This document shows positions 1-8,713 of a DNA stretch of 64,000 nucleotides, piece by piece; the stretch's first letter is position 1; each line of letters starts with the position of its first letter. Origin of the DNA: Patescibacteria group bacterium. GTDB lineage: Bacteria; Patescibacteriota; UBA1384; UBA12157; JAENIV01. The position numbers and the translations under genes were made by a program. Below the pieces are notes generated by a model. It did no database searches and had not been told where the DNA came from. It saw only the letters and a list, made by a program, of their open reading frames with translations. The stretch covers positions 4,865 through 68,864 of the forward strand of contig JBEKTP010000006.1 in NCBI GenBank assembly GCA_049515915.1, given 5' to 3'.

Positions 1-63
1 CAAATAAATATCTTTTCATATTCTCTTAAAAAATTTGTATTTCGTGGTGGAGCGAAGCGAATC

Positions 64-258
64 ATGAAACAAAAAACAGTTAAATCAGCTCAAAAAAGAA
101 TCTCAAAAACCGGCCGTAATAAACTGCTGCGCCGCAAAATGTCGGCGCAGCATTTGAGTGCCGGAAAATCAAAAAGGATCCGTAGTGATGCCAGTAAAAC
201 TATCGCCGTATCAAAAGCCGATCGGAAAAGAATTAAAAGATTAATTCCAAATAAATAG
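64..258 (+). CDS. rpmI: 50S ribosomal protein L35
   Basis: Short basic protein MKQKTVKSAQKR.. directly upstream of L20. Confidence 0.92.
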   Translation: MKQKTVKSAQKRISKTGRNKLLRRKMSAQHLSAGKSKRIRSDASKTIAVSKADRKRIKRLIPNK

Positions 259-265
259 GTTAAAT

Positions 266-613
266 ATGCCAAGAGTAAAACGAGGAATAACAACTAAAGC
301 CAAACACAAGAGTTTACTGGCCAAGACCAAAGGCTTTCGTCATGGTCGAAAAAACTTAGTAAAAATGGCCCGTCAGGCCGATATCAAAGCCGGTCAATAC
401 GCTTACCGTGATCGTCGCAATAAGAAGCGCGATTTTCGCCGCCTTTGGATTACTCAAATCAATGCTGCCTGCAAACTCAACGATATTAAATATAGCGTTT
501 TTATCAATGGGCTTAAAAATAAAAAAATCGAGTTGGATAGAAAAGTTCTCTCATCAATCGCTCGGGAAAATCCCGAAGAATTTACCAAGTTAGTTAAAAA
601 AGTTAGAGTCTAA
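266..613 (+). CDS. rplT: 50S ribosomal protein L20
   Basis: MPRVKRG start, YAYRDRRNKKRDFRRLWI, ELDRKVL. Confidence 0.98.
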   Translation: MPRVKRGITTKAKHKSLLAKTKGFRHGRKNLVKMARQADIKAGQYAYRDRRNKKRDFRRLWITQINAACKLNDIKYSVFINGLKNKKIELDRKVLSSIARENPEEFTKLVKKVRV

Positions 614-620
614 ATAATAA

Positions 621-660
621 GAGTAGGCGCCCCGGTTTCCCAGAGCGCCTGCTTTTGTTT
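621..660. terminator. Hairpin between convergent rplT and purC
   Basis: AGTAGGCGC...GCGCCTGCT followed by TTTGTTT. Confidence 0.6.
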
Positions 661-669
661 GATCGTCCG

Positions 670-1563
670 TTATGTTCCGGTCAGCATCCGCTGGGCAGTT
701 TGATACCGCGATGATGTGGCGGCCACCACTTCGTCCGGCAAAGGCGGCATTGGGGGCTGCTTGTCCCAGCCGGTGCTTTCGAGATAGTCTCGCAACGGCT
801 GCTTGTCGAAACTACGCTGCGCTCTTCCAGGCAGCCAATCATCGACTGGCCAGAACCGCGACGAGTCCGGCGTCAGGACCTCGTCTACCAGAATCAATCG
901 ACCGTCATACCAGCCGAACTCGAGCTTGGTGTCCGCGATAATGATACCCCTTGTCCGCGCATAGTCAGCCGCCATCTCATAGACGGCCAGACTGCGATCC
1001 TCCATGAAGAGATACTCATCTTCGCCGACAATCTCTTTGGCCCGCTCAGGACTGATGTTTTCGTCATGAAGGCCGACCATTGCCTTAGTTGCCGGCGTCA
1101 GAATCGGTTGCGGCAGCCGGTCTCCTTCCTTAAGACCTCCTGGCAGCTGAATTCCGCAGACAGTTCCTGACTGCTGATATTCCTTTAAGCCGGAGCCGGC
1201 AAGGTACCCGCGAACAACACACTCAATCGGGACAACCTCCGCCCGCTTGACGATCATACTCCGACCCTTAAGCAGTTCAAGACGCGGCCGGAATTCGGCG
1301 GGTAGACTACTCAAATCTCGAGTCAAGAAGTGGTTCTCGACCACCTCTTGAGTAAGGGCGAACCAGAAGAATGACATCTCGGTGAGCACCCGACCCTTAC
1401 TTGGCACGGCTTTCAGCGCGACAACATCGAAGGCCGAGATGCGGTCAGTCGCGACGATGAGCAGTCTGTTTCCTTCCAGCGGATAAGTCTCACGGACCTT
1501 GCCGCGGAGCGGCCTTTTCGGAAACCATTCATCCGTCGTGTACAGCGTTTCCAACTTCTCCAC
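670..1563 (-). CDS. purC: Phosphoribosylaminoimidazole-succinocarboxamide (SAICAR) synthase
   Basis: GKVRE, TDRISAFD, ECVVRGYLAGS, IADTKLEFG, DEVLTPDSSRFW, SFDKQ; GTG start with GGAGG RBS; visibly GC-richer than flanks. Confidence 0.97.
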   Translation of the reverse strand: MEKLETLYTTDEWFPKRPLRGKVRETYPLEGNRLLIVATDRISAFDVVALKAVPSKGRVLTEMSFFWFALTQEVVENHFLTRDLSSLPAEFRPRLELLKGRSMIVKRAEVVPIECVVRGYLAGSGLKEYQQSGTVCGIQLPGGLKEGDRLPQPILTPATKAMVGLHDENISPERAKEIVGEDEYLFMEDRSLAVYEMAADYARTRGIIIADTKLEFGWYDGRLILVDEVLTPDSSRFWPVDDWLPGRAQRSFDKQPLRDYLESTGWDKQPPMPPLPDEVVAATSSRYQTAQRMLTGT

Positions 1564-1643
1564 CTCCCTTTAGCGAAGTATCGCAAAACAGATATCCACC
1601 AGATATCAATATTTAAGCACAAGAGCGCTGATACTTCAAGGGT

Positions 1644-2327
1644 TCAGTCCTTGATTTCTAAACCGTCATAGGCCAGGGCAAAACGCTTGTCACCGAGTTC
1701 ATTAACTAATTTTGACATTTCTTGATGGGTTTTCCGCGTGTGGCCGTTATGAGTAAAATAAATTTTTGATAAATTTTTTAAGGGTTTAACCGACACGATA
1801 ATTTCGTTCACCGAAAGATGGCCGCCAAAAGAGCGGCCTAAACTTGAGCCGTCTAAAATGGCCACTTGGGCTTCTTTAAGATATTTCATGGCGGAAGAAA
1901 GGGAGGAACTATCGGGAATATAGAGAAAATTATCAATTTCTAAGCCTACCGTCGGTAAAACCCGCGAATGTTCAACCCGAAAAGCATAAAATTCAATGCC
2001 AAAAAGTTTGAAATGCTGACCCGGGTTAATTCGAATGATTCGAATGTTTCGATTGGCTCTTAAAACATGCTTAAGGCCGCCAACATGATCCTCGTGCTCA
2101 TGGGTGATAATAACCGAGTCGAGATTTAAAATTTGAGAATTTTTCAGTTGCTTTAAAATATCCGGACCGGCATCAATCAGAATTTTTTTGTTAATTAAAA
2201 TTGAGGAACGAAGCCTTTTATCATGAGAGTCTTTCGAGGCACATTGAGCGCAATCGCAATCTTCGCGGGGAATCGACTCTCCGCTCGAGGTGCCCAAAAA
2301 TCTAATAATGACTTTTTCTTTTTTCAT
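1644..2327 (-). CDS. MBL-fold metallo-hydrolase (PhnP/YycJ-like)
   Basis: FLGTS, CxCxxC, ILIDAGPD, THEHEDH metal motif, YFTH. Confidence 0.9.
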   Translation of the reverse strand: MKKEKVIIRFLGTSSGESIPREDCDCAQCASKDSHDKRLRSSILINKKILIDAGPDILKQLKNSQILNLDSVIITHEHEDHVGGLKHVLRANRNIRIIRINPGQHFKLFGIEFYAFRVEHSRVLPTVGLEIDNFLYIPDSSSLSSAMKYLKEAQVAILDGSSLGRSFGGHLSVNEIIVSVKPLKNLSKIYFTHNGHTRKTHQEMSKLVNELGDKRFALAYDGLEIKD

Positions 2328-2332
2328 TCAAG

Positions 2333-2689
2333 TTATCTTTTTTTCTTTTTAAATATTTTAGAAGCACACGTCACGCAAAGACCGGCGGAGGGATAAGCTT
2401 TTAAGCGGCCTGGTTCGATTTCCTCACTACACTCTTCGCAAACGCCATATGTTCCCTTGTCAATTTTAGTAAGCGCTTTTTTAGTGTCTTTAACTAAGTT
2501 CCTGATATTTTTTTGCAACGATAAATTTTCTTGAAATTTTGCCAACTCCTGGACATTTTCATCCTCAGAAGTCCCATATTCGGGAAATTTTCTTGTCAGC
2601 TTATACTGTTCTTCCAGACGTTTGAGCTCTTTTGTTAAAATCGATTTCTGCTTGACCAAGAAAAGTTTATCCGAGAATTTTTTAAACAT
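2333..2689 (-). CDS. TraR/DksA C4-type zinc-finger protein
   Basis: Coiled coil followed by YGVCEEC..RLKAYPSAGLCVTC. Confidence 0.9.
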   Translation of the reverse strand: MFKKFSDKLFLVKQKSILTKELKRLEEQYKLTRKFPEYGTSEDENVQELAKFQENLSLQKNIRNLVKDTKKALTKIDKGTYGVCEECSEEIEPGRLKAYPSAGLCVTCASKIFKKKKR

Positions 2690-2819
2690 GGCTCTCCTTC
2701 TTTGATTGGTGACCTTCCGCTTTCAGCTTGATTATCTTTTTAAATAATCCGATTGTCAACATATAATTGAAAAAGAAGTTAGATTAAGCTAAAATAAATA
2801 AGAGTTAGACGATTCTTTT

Positions 2820-2893
2820 GGCCACTTAGCTCAGTCGGTTAGAGCGTCGCGTTCACATCGCGAAGGTCGACCGTTCAAGTCGGTCAGTGGCCA
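2820..2893 (+). tRNA. tRNA-Val(CAC)
   Basis: Acceptor GGCCACT/AGTGGCC, anticodon arm TCGCG-TTCACAT-CGCGA, GTTCAA T-loop. Confidence 0.95.
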
Positions 2894-2920
2894 CGGCTAA
2901 AAATTCTAGAAGGAGAAATA

Positions 2921-3730
2921 TTGAAATATATTCTCATTGCTTTGCTGAATGCCATTTACGGATTAATGACCTTGCAAATGTTGACCAAAGATACGCCAGG
3001 TTATTATATTATCTTTGTCATCGCGATCGTTTTAGCCTTCCTGGGTTTAGCCGGCATCGTTTTATACATCATAATGCTCGTTTCCAACGCTCGTCATCAA
3101 CCCCCCAGTACCGAGTTAATTAAAAATTGGTTTCAGTTTACAAAAAACATCGATATTGTCTTAATCATTGGTCTCCTTTTTAGAGCTTTTATCCTGCAGC
3201 CATATATCGTCGATGGAAATTCGATGGAGACTAATTTCCACAACAACGAATACGTTTTAGTCGATCAAATCACTTATCATTTCAGAGCCCCCCAACACGA
3301 AGAAACGATCGTCTTTCATCCCCCCGTTGATCCAAGTCTAAATTATATTAAAAGAATCATTGGCTTACCTGGCGATACGGTCGCCATTTCAAACAACATC
3401 GTCACCGTTAATGGCCATGTGCTGACTGAGAACTATATTTACCCCGGCAGTACTACCGAGACTTCCCAACCAAACTTTAGCGTTACTTTAAAATCCAACC
3501 AATATTTTGTCATGGGTGATAACCGCGATCATTCTTCAGATTCCCGAGAATGGGGAGTGGTTCCTAAGGAAAATATTGTTGGCCGAGCCTGGTTTGTCGT
3601 TTACCCGACAAAATATTTTGGGCTGGTCAAAAACCCAACCTTTAATTTAATGACTATGTCTTCCCCTTCGGCTATCCTTAATTCAATTTCATCCCGGTTC
3701 TCTTTGAATGCCCTTGTAAAATATGCTTGA
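2921..3730 (+). CDS. lepB: Signal peptidase I
   Basis: GNSM serine motif, YIKRIIGLPGD, MGDNRDHSSDSR; extra N-terminal membrane segments. Confidence 0.95.
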   Translation: MKYILIALLNAIYGLMTLQMLTKDTPGYYIIFVIAIVLAFLGLAGIVLYIIMLVSNARHQPPSTELIKNWFQFTKNIDIVLIIGLLFRAFILQPYIVDGNSMETNFHNNEYVLVDQITYHFRAPQHEETIVFHPPVDPSLNYIKRIIGLPGDTVAISNNIVTVNGHVLTENYIYPGSTTETSQPNFSVTLKSNQYFVMGDNRDHSSDSREWGVVPKENIVGRAWFVVYPTKYFGLVKNPTFNLMTMSSPSAILNSISSRFSLNALVKYA

Positions 3731-4331
3731 CCTCATTATCGCTAATTTGCGGAAAATCTTTATAGAATTGTCCGACGGCATAAAATTTCGGCTCAACAAT
3801 CAAAGTGACCACGGCATCAACTTTTTTTTGTAATTGGGCTAAGGTTGAGGGCGAAATCGCCGGTGTGGCAACAATGATTTGACGCGGTTTCAAAGTTTTT
3901 AATTCCATCACCGCAACTTGAACAGTCAGACCGGTGGCCACACCGTCGTCAACTAAAAAAACAGTTTTTCCCACTAGCGGAATTGCTGGTTTCTTGCCCC
4001 CGTACAGATTCTTGCGGCGGATAATTTCTCTTCGCTCTTTAATGGCTTGGGTAGAAATATAATAAGGATTGAATTCTTCGTTTGGGTTCAAAATAATTTC
4101 ATGTTCTGAAACGGCGCCAATAGCATATTCCGGATTAGCCGGATGGCCAATTTTTCGGGTCACGATTATATCGAGCGGCAAACTAAGTTTTTCGGCAATT
4201 TCTGCCCCGACAACCACTCCTCCTCTTGGCAAAGCTAAAACTATTCCGTTTAATATTTTCGGCATTTTATTTTGAAGTTCTTCGGCCAGCTTGCGGCCGG
4301 CTTGAATTCGATCCCGAAACATTATGACCAT
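3678..4331 (-). CDS. Type I phosphoribosyltransferase family protein
   Basis: FRDRIQAG, LALPRGG, LVDDGVATG PRPP-binding loop, AVGQFY; start may be 4322. Confidence 0.9.
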   Translation of the reverse strand: MVIMFRDRIQAGRKLAEELQNKMPKILNGIVLALPRGGVVVGAEIAEKLSLPLDIIVTRKIGHPANPEYAIGAVSEHEIILNPNEEFNPYYISTQAIKERREIIRRKNLYGGKKPAIPLVGKTVFLVDDGVATGLTVQVAVMELKTLKPRQIIVATPAISPSTLAQLQKKVDAVVTLIVEPKFYAVGQFYKDFPQISDNEVKHILQGHSKRTGMKLN

Positions 4332-4381
4332 AACGATAAATATTTTATCACTTCTGGTATAATAAGAATAGAGAAAAATAC

Positions 4382-6577
4382 ATGAAAGAATGTTATTTAT
4401 ACAAAAAGGCTGGCGATTATGCCGACTGCCAGGCCTGCAACCACCGCTGTCATATTTCGCCGTTTAGGCGGGGAATTTGCGGTGTTCGAGAAAATCACGA
4501 CGGCAAACTCTACACTTTAATTTACGGACGGATTATTGCGGAAAATATTGATCCCATCGAAAAAAAACCTTTATACCATTTTCTGCCTGGCACCAAAAGC
4601 CTCTCCATCGCCTCGGCCGGATGTAATTTAAAGTGCCCCTGGTGCTTTCCTCCGAAAACTAAAATCCTAACCAATCATGGATTAATGGATATTGAAAACA
4701 TTTGCAAAAATCCTCATAACATATCAGTTATCTCCCATACAGGTCAAAAAAGAAAGATTAAAACTGTCTTTCAAAGATCGTATAATGGCAAATTAATAAA
4801 AATTAAAGCTGGCTTCCTCCCTCTAACTCTAAATTGTACCCCTAATCATCAAATTTATTTTGCTGAAAAACCTTTTAAAGATAAGGTTAAAAAGATATCC
4901 GCCGAAAATCTCATAAGTAATCGACATTATCTAGCGATCCCTAAGAAACATTCATTTTCACAAAATATTGTTCTGGACAATAAAGCAATCTTAGAGCAAG
5001 TATCAAATAAATTTAGGATATCTCACAAAATATCTTTTGGAGATACCAAAAAAATTCTTGAACTTTCTAAAAATCAAACGTCAAAACAAATAGGACGAAT
5101 TTTTAATCTTCATCCTGCTTATGTTAGAACTTTACGATCCAAATTGAATAAAGAGAGTTTAACAAAAGAAGATTATTACTGGGCAAATAATGTTTTAATT
5201 GAAAAAGATTCGCGTATACATTTCAAAACCGAAAAAAAACCTTATCTATCACGTTTTTTTGAATTAGACGAAAATTTGGCTTTTCTTTTAGGTTACTATT
5301 GTGCTGAAGGAAATGTTACCCAATGTAAGAATCGTCCAAATTCATATTCTTTACATTTCTCTCCGGGCAAACACGAAATAAAAAATATACAAATTATTAA
5401 AGAAAAATTTATAAAAGTGTTTGGTTTACCGCTTAAAACAACTCAACGTCGCACTACTATAGAATTAAGTAACAGTAAAACTTCTATCGCTATTATCTTT
5501 AAAATTTTATGCGGCCATAATGCAAAATTTAAAAAAGTTCCTCAAGAACTTTTTCGAGTACATAAGACGGTACTTCAAGCATTCTTAGAAGGATATATTA
5601 TAGGCGATGGTTATCACGATAAGCAAGGATTAACTGTAAGCAATACTGTGTCTAAAGAATTGGCTTTAGGATTATATGCACTTTGGTCAAAATTAGGATA
5701 CTTGCCTAGATTTTATGAATGGCATCCAAAACCTTTCAAAATAATTGAAAACCGAAAAGTCAATCAATCTATCCTTTACTATGTAAAAGTCTGGCAAGGT
5801 AAAAGAAAAATAAAATCTCGATACTACGAAGATGATAAATTTTTTTATGTCCCAATATTAAACGTTAAAAGAAAACAATATTCAGGGCTAGTATATAATT
5901 TAGAAATCGAAAAAGACCATTCTTACTTGGCTAATTTTGTTAGTGTCGGTAATTGTCAAAACTGGGATATTTCTCAATGTACCAAAGGAAATATTGACCG
6001 GGCGGAGTTTACTAACACTCTTGGGATTGAAATGGAGCCGGAACAAATTATCGAACACGCCAAGAAAGCTAAAACTCCTTCGATTTCCTATACTTATACC
6101 GAACCAACTATTTTTTTGGAATTTGCTTTGGATACGATGAAACTGGCCAAAAAAGCTAAAATTAAAAATGTTTGGGTCTCGAATGGTTATATGACCAAAG
6201 AAACTTTAGATTTAATCAACCCATATTTAGATGCCATCAATGTCGACTTAAAAGGTTTCAGCGAAGAAAACTATTTAAAATATTCCGGCGGCAAACTTCA
6301 GCCGGTTTTAGATAATATTCGCGATATCTATAAACGCGGCATTCATCTTGAAGTAACAACCTTAATTATTCCCGGTATCAATGACGATAAAAAACAATTA
6401 TCCGATATCGCGGCATTCTTGGTCTCAATCTCGCCTAAAATCCCTTGGCATATTTCACGATTCTTCCCAGCTTATAAAATGACTGATACGCCGATCACGC
6501 CCATCGAGACTCTCAAACTCGCTGAGGCCCTTGGCAAAAAGGCTGGTTTAAAGTATATTCATTTGGGAAATATATGA
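4382..6577 (+). CDS. amrS: AmmeMemoRadiSam system radical SAM enzyme containing an intein
   Basis: CQACNHRC, DPIEKKPLYHF, GCNLKCPW-[intein]-CQNWDIS, YTYTEP, NVDLK, PWHISRF; neighbours are MEMO and AMMECR1 proteins. Confidence 0.93.
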   Translation: MKECYLYKKAGDYADCQACNHRCHISPFRRGICGVRENHDGKLYTLIYGRIIAENIDPIEKKPLYHFLPGTKSLSIASAGCNLKCPWCFPPKTKILTNHGLMDIENICKNPHNISVISHTGQKRKIKTVFQRSYNGKLIKIKAGFLPLTLNCTPNHQIYFAEKPFKDKVKKISAENLISNRHYLAIPKKHSFSQNIVLDNKAILEQVSNKFRISHKISFGDTKKILELSKNQTSKQIGRIFNLHPAYVRTLRSKLNKESLTKEDYYWANNVLIEKDSRIHFKTEKKPYLSRFFELDENLAFLLGYYCAEGNVTQCKNRPNSYSLHFSPGKHEIKNIQIIKEKFIKVFGLPLKTTQRRTTIELSNSKTSIAIIFKILCGHNAKFKKVPQELFRVHKTVLQAFLEGYIIGDGYHDKQGLTVSNTVSKELALGLYALWSKLGYLPRFYEWHPKPFKIIENRKVNQSILYYVKVWQGKRKIKSRYYEDDKFFYVPILNVKRKQYSGLVYNLEIEKDHSYLANFVSVGNCQNWDISQCTKGNIDRAEFTNTLGIEMEPEQIIEHAKKAKTPSISYTYTEPTIFLEFALDTMKLAKKAKIKNVWVSNGYMTKETLDLINPYLDAINVDLKGFSEENYLKYSGGKLQPVLDNIRDIYKRGIHLEVTTLIIPGINDDKKQLSDIAAFLVSISPKIPWHISRFFPAYKMTDTPITPIETLKLAEALGKKAGLKYIHLGNI
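4643..5953 (+). mobile_element. Intein (437 aa) with LAGLIDADG homing endonuclease
   Basis: Starts CFPPKTKILT; block B CTPNH; LAGLIDADG-like LLGYYCAEG and FLEGYIIGDG; ends VYNLEIEKDHSYLANFVSVGN followed by +1 Cys; AT-richer than the exteins. Confidence 0.93.
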
Positions 6578-7404
6578 ACTTGAATACCCGTATCGGAAAG
6601 TTAAAATTAAAAAATCCGATTATTTTAGCTTCGGGTACTTTTGACCGTGGTATTACCACAAAAATTGACATCAATAAATTAGGCGGATTGGTCACGAAAA
6701 CCATTACCCTAAAACCACGTGAAGGTAACCCTCTCCCTCATATTTTTAAAACACGCTACGGCTGGTTAAATAGTGTGGGGTTAAAAAATATGGGGTTAAA
6801 AAAATACCTGACAGAAGAATTGCCATTTTGGAAAAAGTATAACACCCAGATTTTCACCAGTATCGGCGGCGAGAATACCAGAGAATATATCAAAATTGCC
6901 AAATCATTGGAGAGTTTAGTATCTTCTCTCGAAGTCAATGTTTCCTGCCCTAATGTTGATGGATTATTTTTTGGTGCCGATCCTAGAAAACTCAAGAATC
7001 TTATTTCAGCAATCCGTAAAAATTTTAAAGGATTTATCGCGGTTAAATTATCCCCTAATGTTTCGGATATTATCTTACCGGCAAAAGTGGCCATGGCTGG
7101 CGGAGCCGATGCGCTCATCATCGCCAATACTTATTTGGGCTTAGAGCTTATTAAGTCAAAACCGGTCTTCCAGCAAGTTTTCGCCGGATATTCCGGCGGA
7201 GCGGTCAAACCCTTAACCATGAGGCTCGTCTGGCAAACAAGCCACGTTCTAAAATGCCCAGTCATTGCCAGTGGCGGAGTGGAAAACACCCAAGACGTCA
7301 TTGATTATTTGACCGCTGGCGCCAAGGCTGTCCAAATCGGCTCCGCTAACTTTTTAAATCCAAAGGTTTCTGTTAAGATAGTTGATGAATTACGAAGGAG
7401 ATAA
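6574..7404 (+). CDS. pyrD: Dihydroorotate dehydrogenase (family 1)
   Basis: NPIILASG, TKTIT, NSVGLKN, EVNVSCPN, VKLSPN, ASGG, VQIGSA. Confidence 0.93.
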   Translation: MNLNTRIGKLKLKNPIILASGTFDRGITTKIDINKLGGLVTKTITLKPREGNPLPHIFKTRYGWLNSVGLKNMGLKKYLTEELPFWKKYNTQIFTSIGGENTREYIKIAKSLESLVSSLEVNVSCPNVDGLFFGADPRKLKNLISAIRKNFKGFIAVKLSPNVSDIILPAKVAMAGGADALIIANTYLGLELIKSKPVFQQVFAGYSGGAVKPLTMRLVWQTSHVLKCPVIASGGVENTQDVIDYLTAGAKAVQIGSANFLNPKVSVKIVDELRRR

Positions 7405-8202
7405 ATGTCTTTAAATTTTGCCGCTATTTCGCCTCACCCGCCCATCATTATTCCCGAAATCGGCAGTAAAGAAGATTTGCAAAAAGTGTCACAGACTATT
7501 TTCGGCATGAGAAAACTGGCCAATCATTTTAGAGAAGCGGAAATAGACACGTTGGTCGTAATTTCGCCGCACTCCCTGATTTATCCCGACCGATTCAATA
7601 TTTGCGGCATGAAAAAACTCTTCGGCACCTTCGCCTCGTTCGGCACCCCAGATTTAATGATGGAGTTCAGTAATGATATTGATTTCGCTATTGAGTTGGA
7701 TACGGCCGCCAAAAAAAATAGTGTGGAAACCCTGCTCTACAATAATGACGGTGAGTTCTACGAGCTTGATCACGGCACCATGGTGCCGCTTTACTACCTT
7801 ACTCAAAATCAAGAATCGCCTTTAAAAATCGTTCCGGTAACCTACTCCGATCTGCCGCGTGCGGATCACTTTTCGTTCGGTCAAATTATTCGCGATGTCG
7901 CCGTTAAATATAATGGCCGAGTGGGCGTTTTGGCCTCCGGCGATTTATCTCACCGGCTCATTCAAAGCCCAGCTGGAAAAGAATTTGACGATAAACTCAT
8001 TCAAAACATAAAGGCCAGTGATACCAAGACAATTCTTTATTACGATGAAGATTTCGTCGAAAAAGCCGGGGAATGTGGCTATCGTTCGATTTTGATTTTG
8101 CTTGGCCTCTTAGACGGGTTGAAAACGAAACCTGAGGTTATTTCCTACGAAGGGCCGTTCGGCGTCGGTTATTTAGTGGCTAATTATATTTTAAAGGATT
8201 AA
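7405..8202 (+). CDS. amrB: AmmeMemoRadiSam system protein B (MEMO/LigB-like)
   Basis: SPHPP, ISPH, LDHG, ASGDLSH, ECG, SYEGPFGVGY. Confidence 0.88.
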   Translation: MSLNFAAISPHPPIIIPEIGSKEDLQKVSQTIFGMRKLANHFREAEIDTLVVISPHSLIYPDRFNICGMKKLFGTFASFGTPDLMMEFSNDIDFAIELDTAAKKNSVETLLYNNDGEFYELDHGTMVPLYYLTQNQESPLKIVPVTYSDLPRADHFSFGQIIRDVAVKYNGRVGVLASGDLSHRLIQSPAGKEFDDKLIQNIKASDTKTILYYDEDFVEKAGECGYRSILILLGLLDGLKTKPEVISYEGPFGVGYLVANYILKD

Positions 8203-8206
8203 AAAA

Positions 8207-8713
8207 ATGAACCCGCCTGTTTCAACGGCTAAAAAGGCTATCGAAAATTACGTCAATTCTGGCCAAATCATTACGGTCGAAAACCCAGATCACCATCGAG
8301 CCGGCTGTTTCGTTTCAATTCATAAAAAGTCTTCCGGCGAACTTCGCGGTTGTATTGGCACAATTTTACCGGCTTGTAAAAATTTGTCTTTGGAAATTAT
8401 CAACAATGCCATTTCGGCCTGCCAAGATCCGCGTTTCGAGCCCATTACCCAAAAAGAGCTTGACGATTTGAATATTTCAGTTGATATTTTATCCGAGCCC
8501 GAGCCAATTGAATCGACGAAATCACTCGATCCCAAAAAATACGGCGTCATTGTTAAATCAAAAGATGGCAGAACCGGCCTGTTATTACCCGACTTGGATG
8601 GAATCGATGACGCGATGTATCAAATTGCCATCGCCCGCGAAAAAGCCGGCATTAGCGTCAACGAACCAATTTATCTTTATCGATTTACCGTCGAAAGATT
8701 TAAGGAACTATAA
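8207..8713 (+). CDS. amrA: AmmeMemoRadiSam system protein A (AMMECR1 domain)
   Basis: GCFVS, LRGCIGT, DPRF, GLLLP, KAG. Confidence 0.92.
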   Translation: MNPPVSTAKKAIENYVNSGQIITVENPDHHRAGCFVSIHKKSSGELRGCIGTILPACKNLSLEIINNAISACQDPRFEPITQKELDDLNISVDILSEPEPIESTKSLDPKKYGVIVKSKDGRTGLLLPDLDGIDDAMYQIAIAREKAGISVNEPIYLYRFTVERFKEL

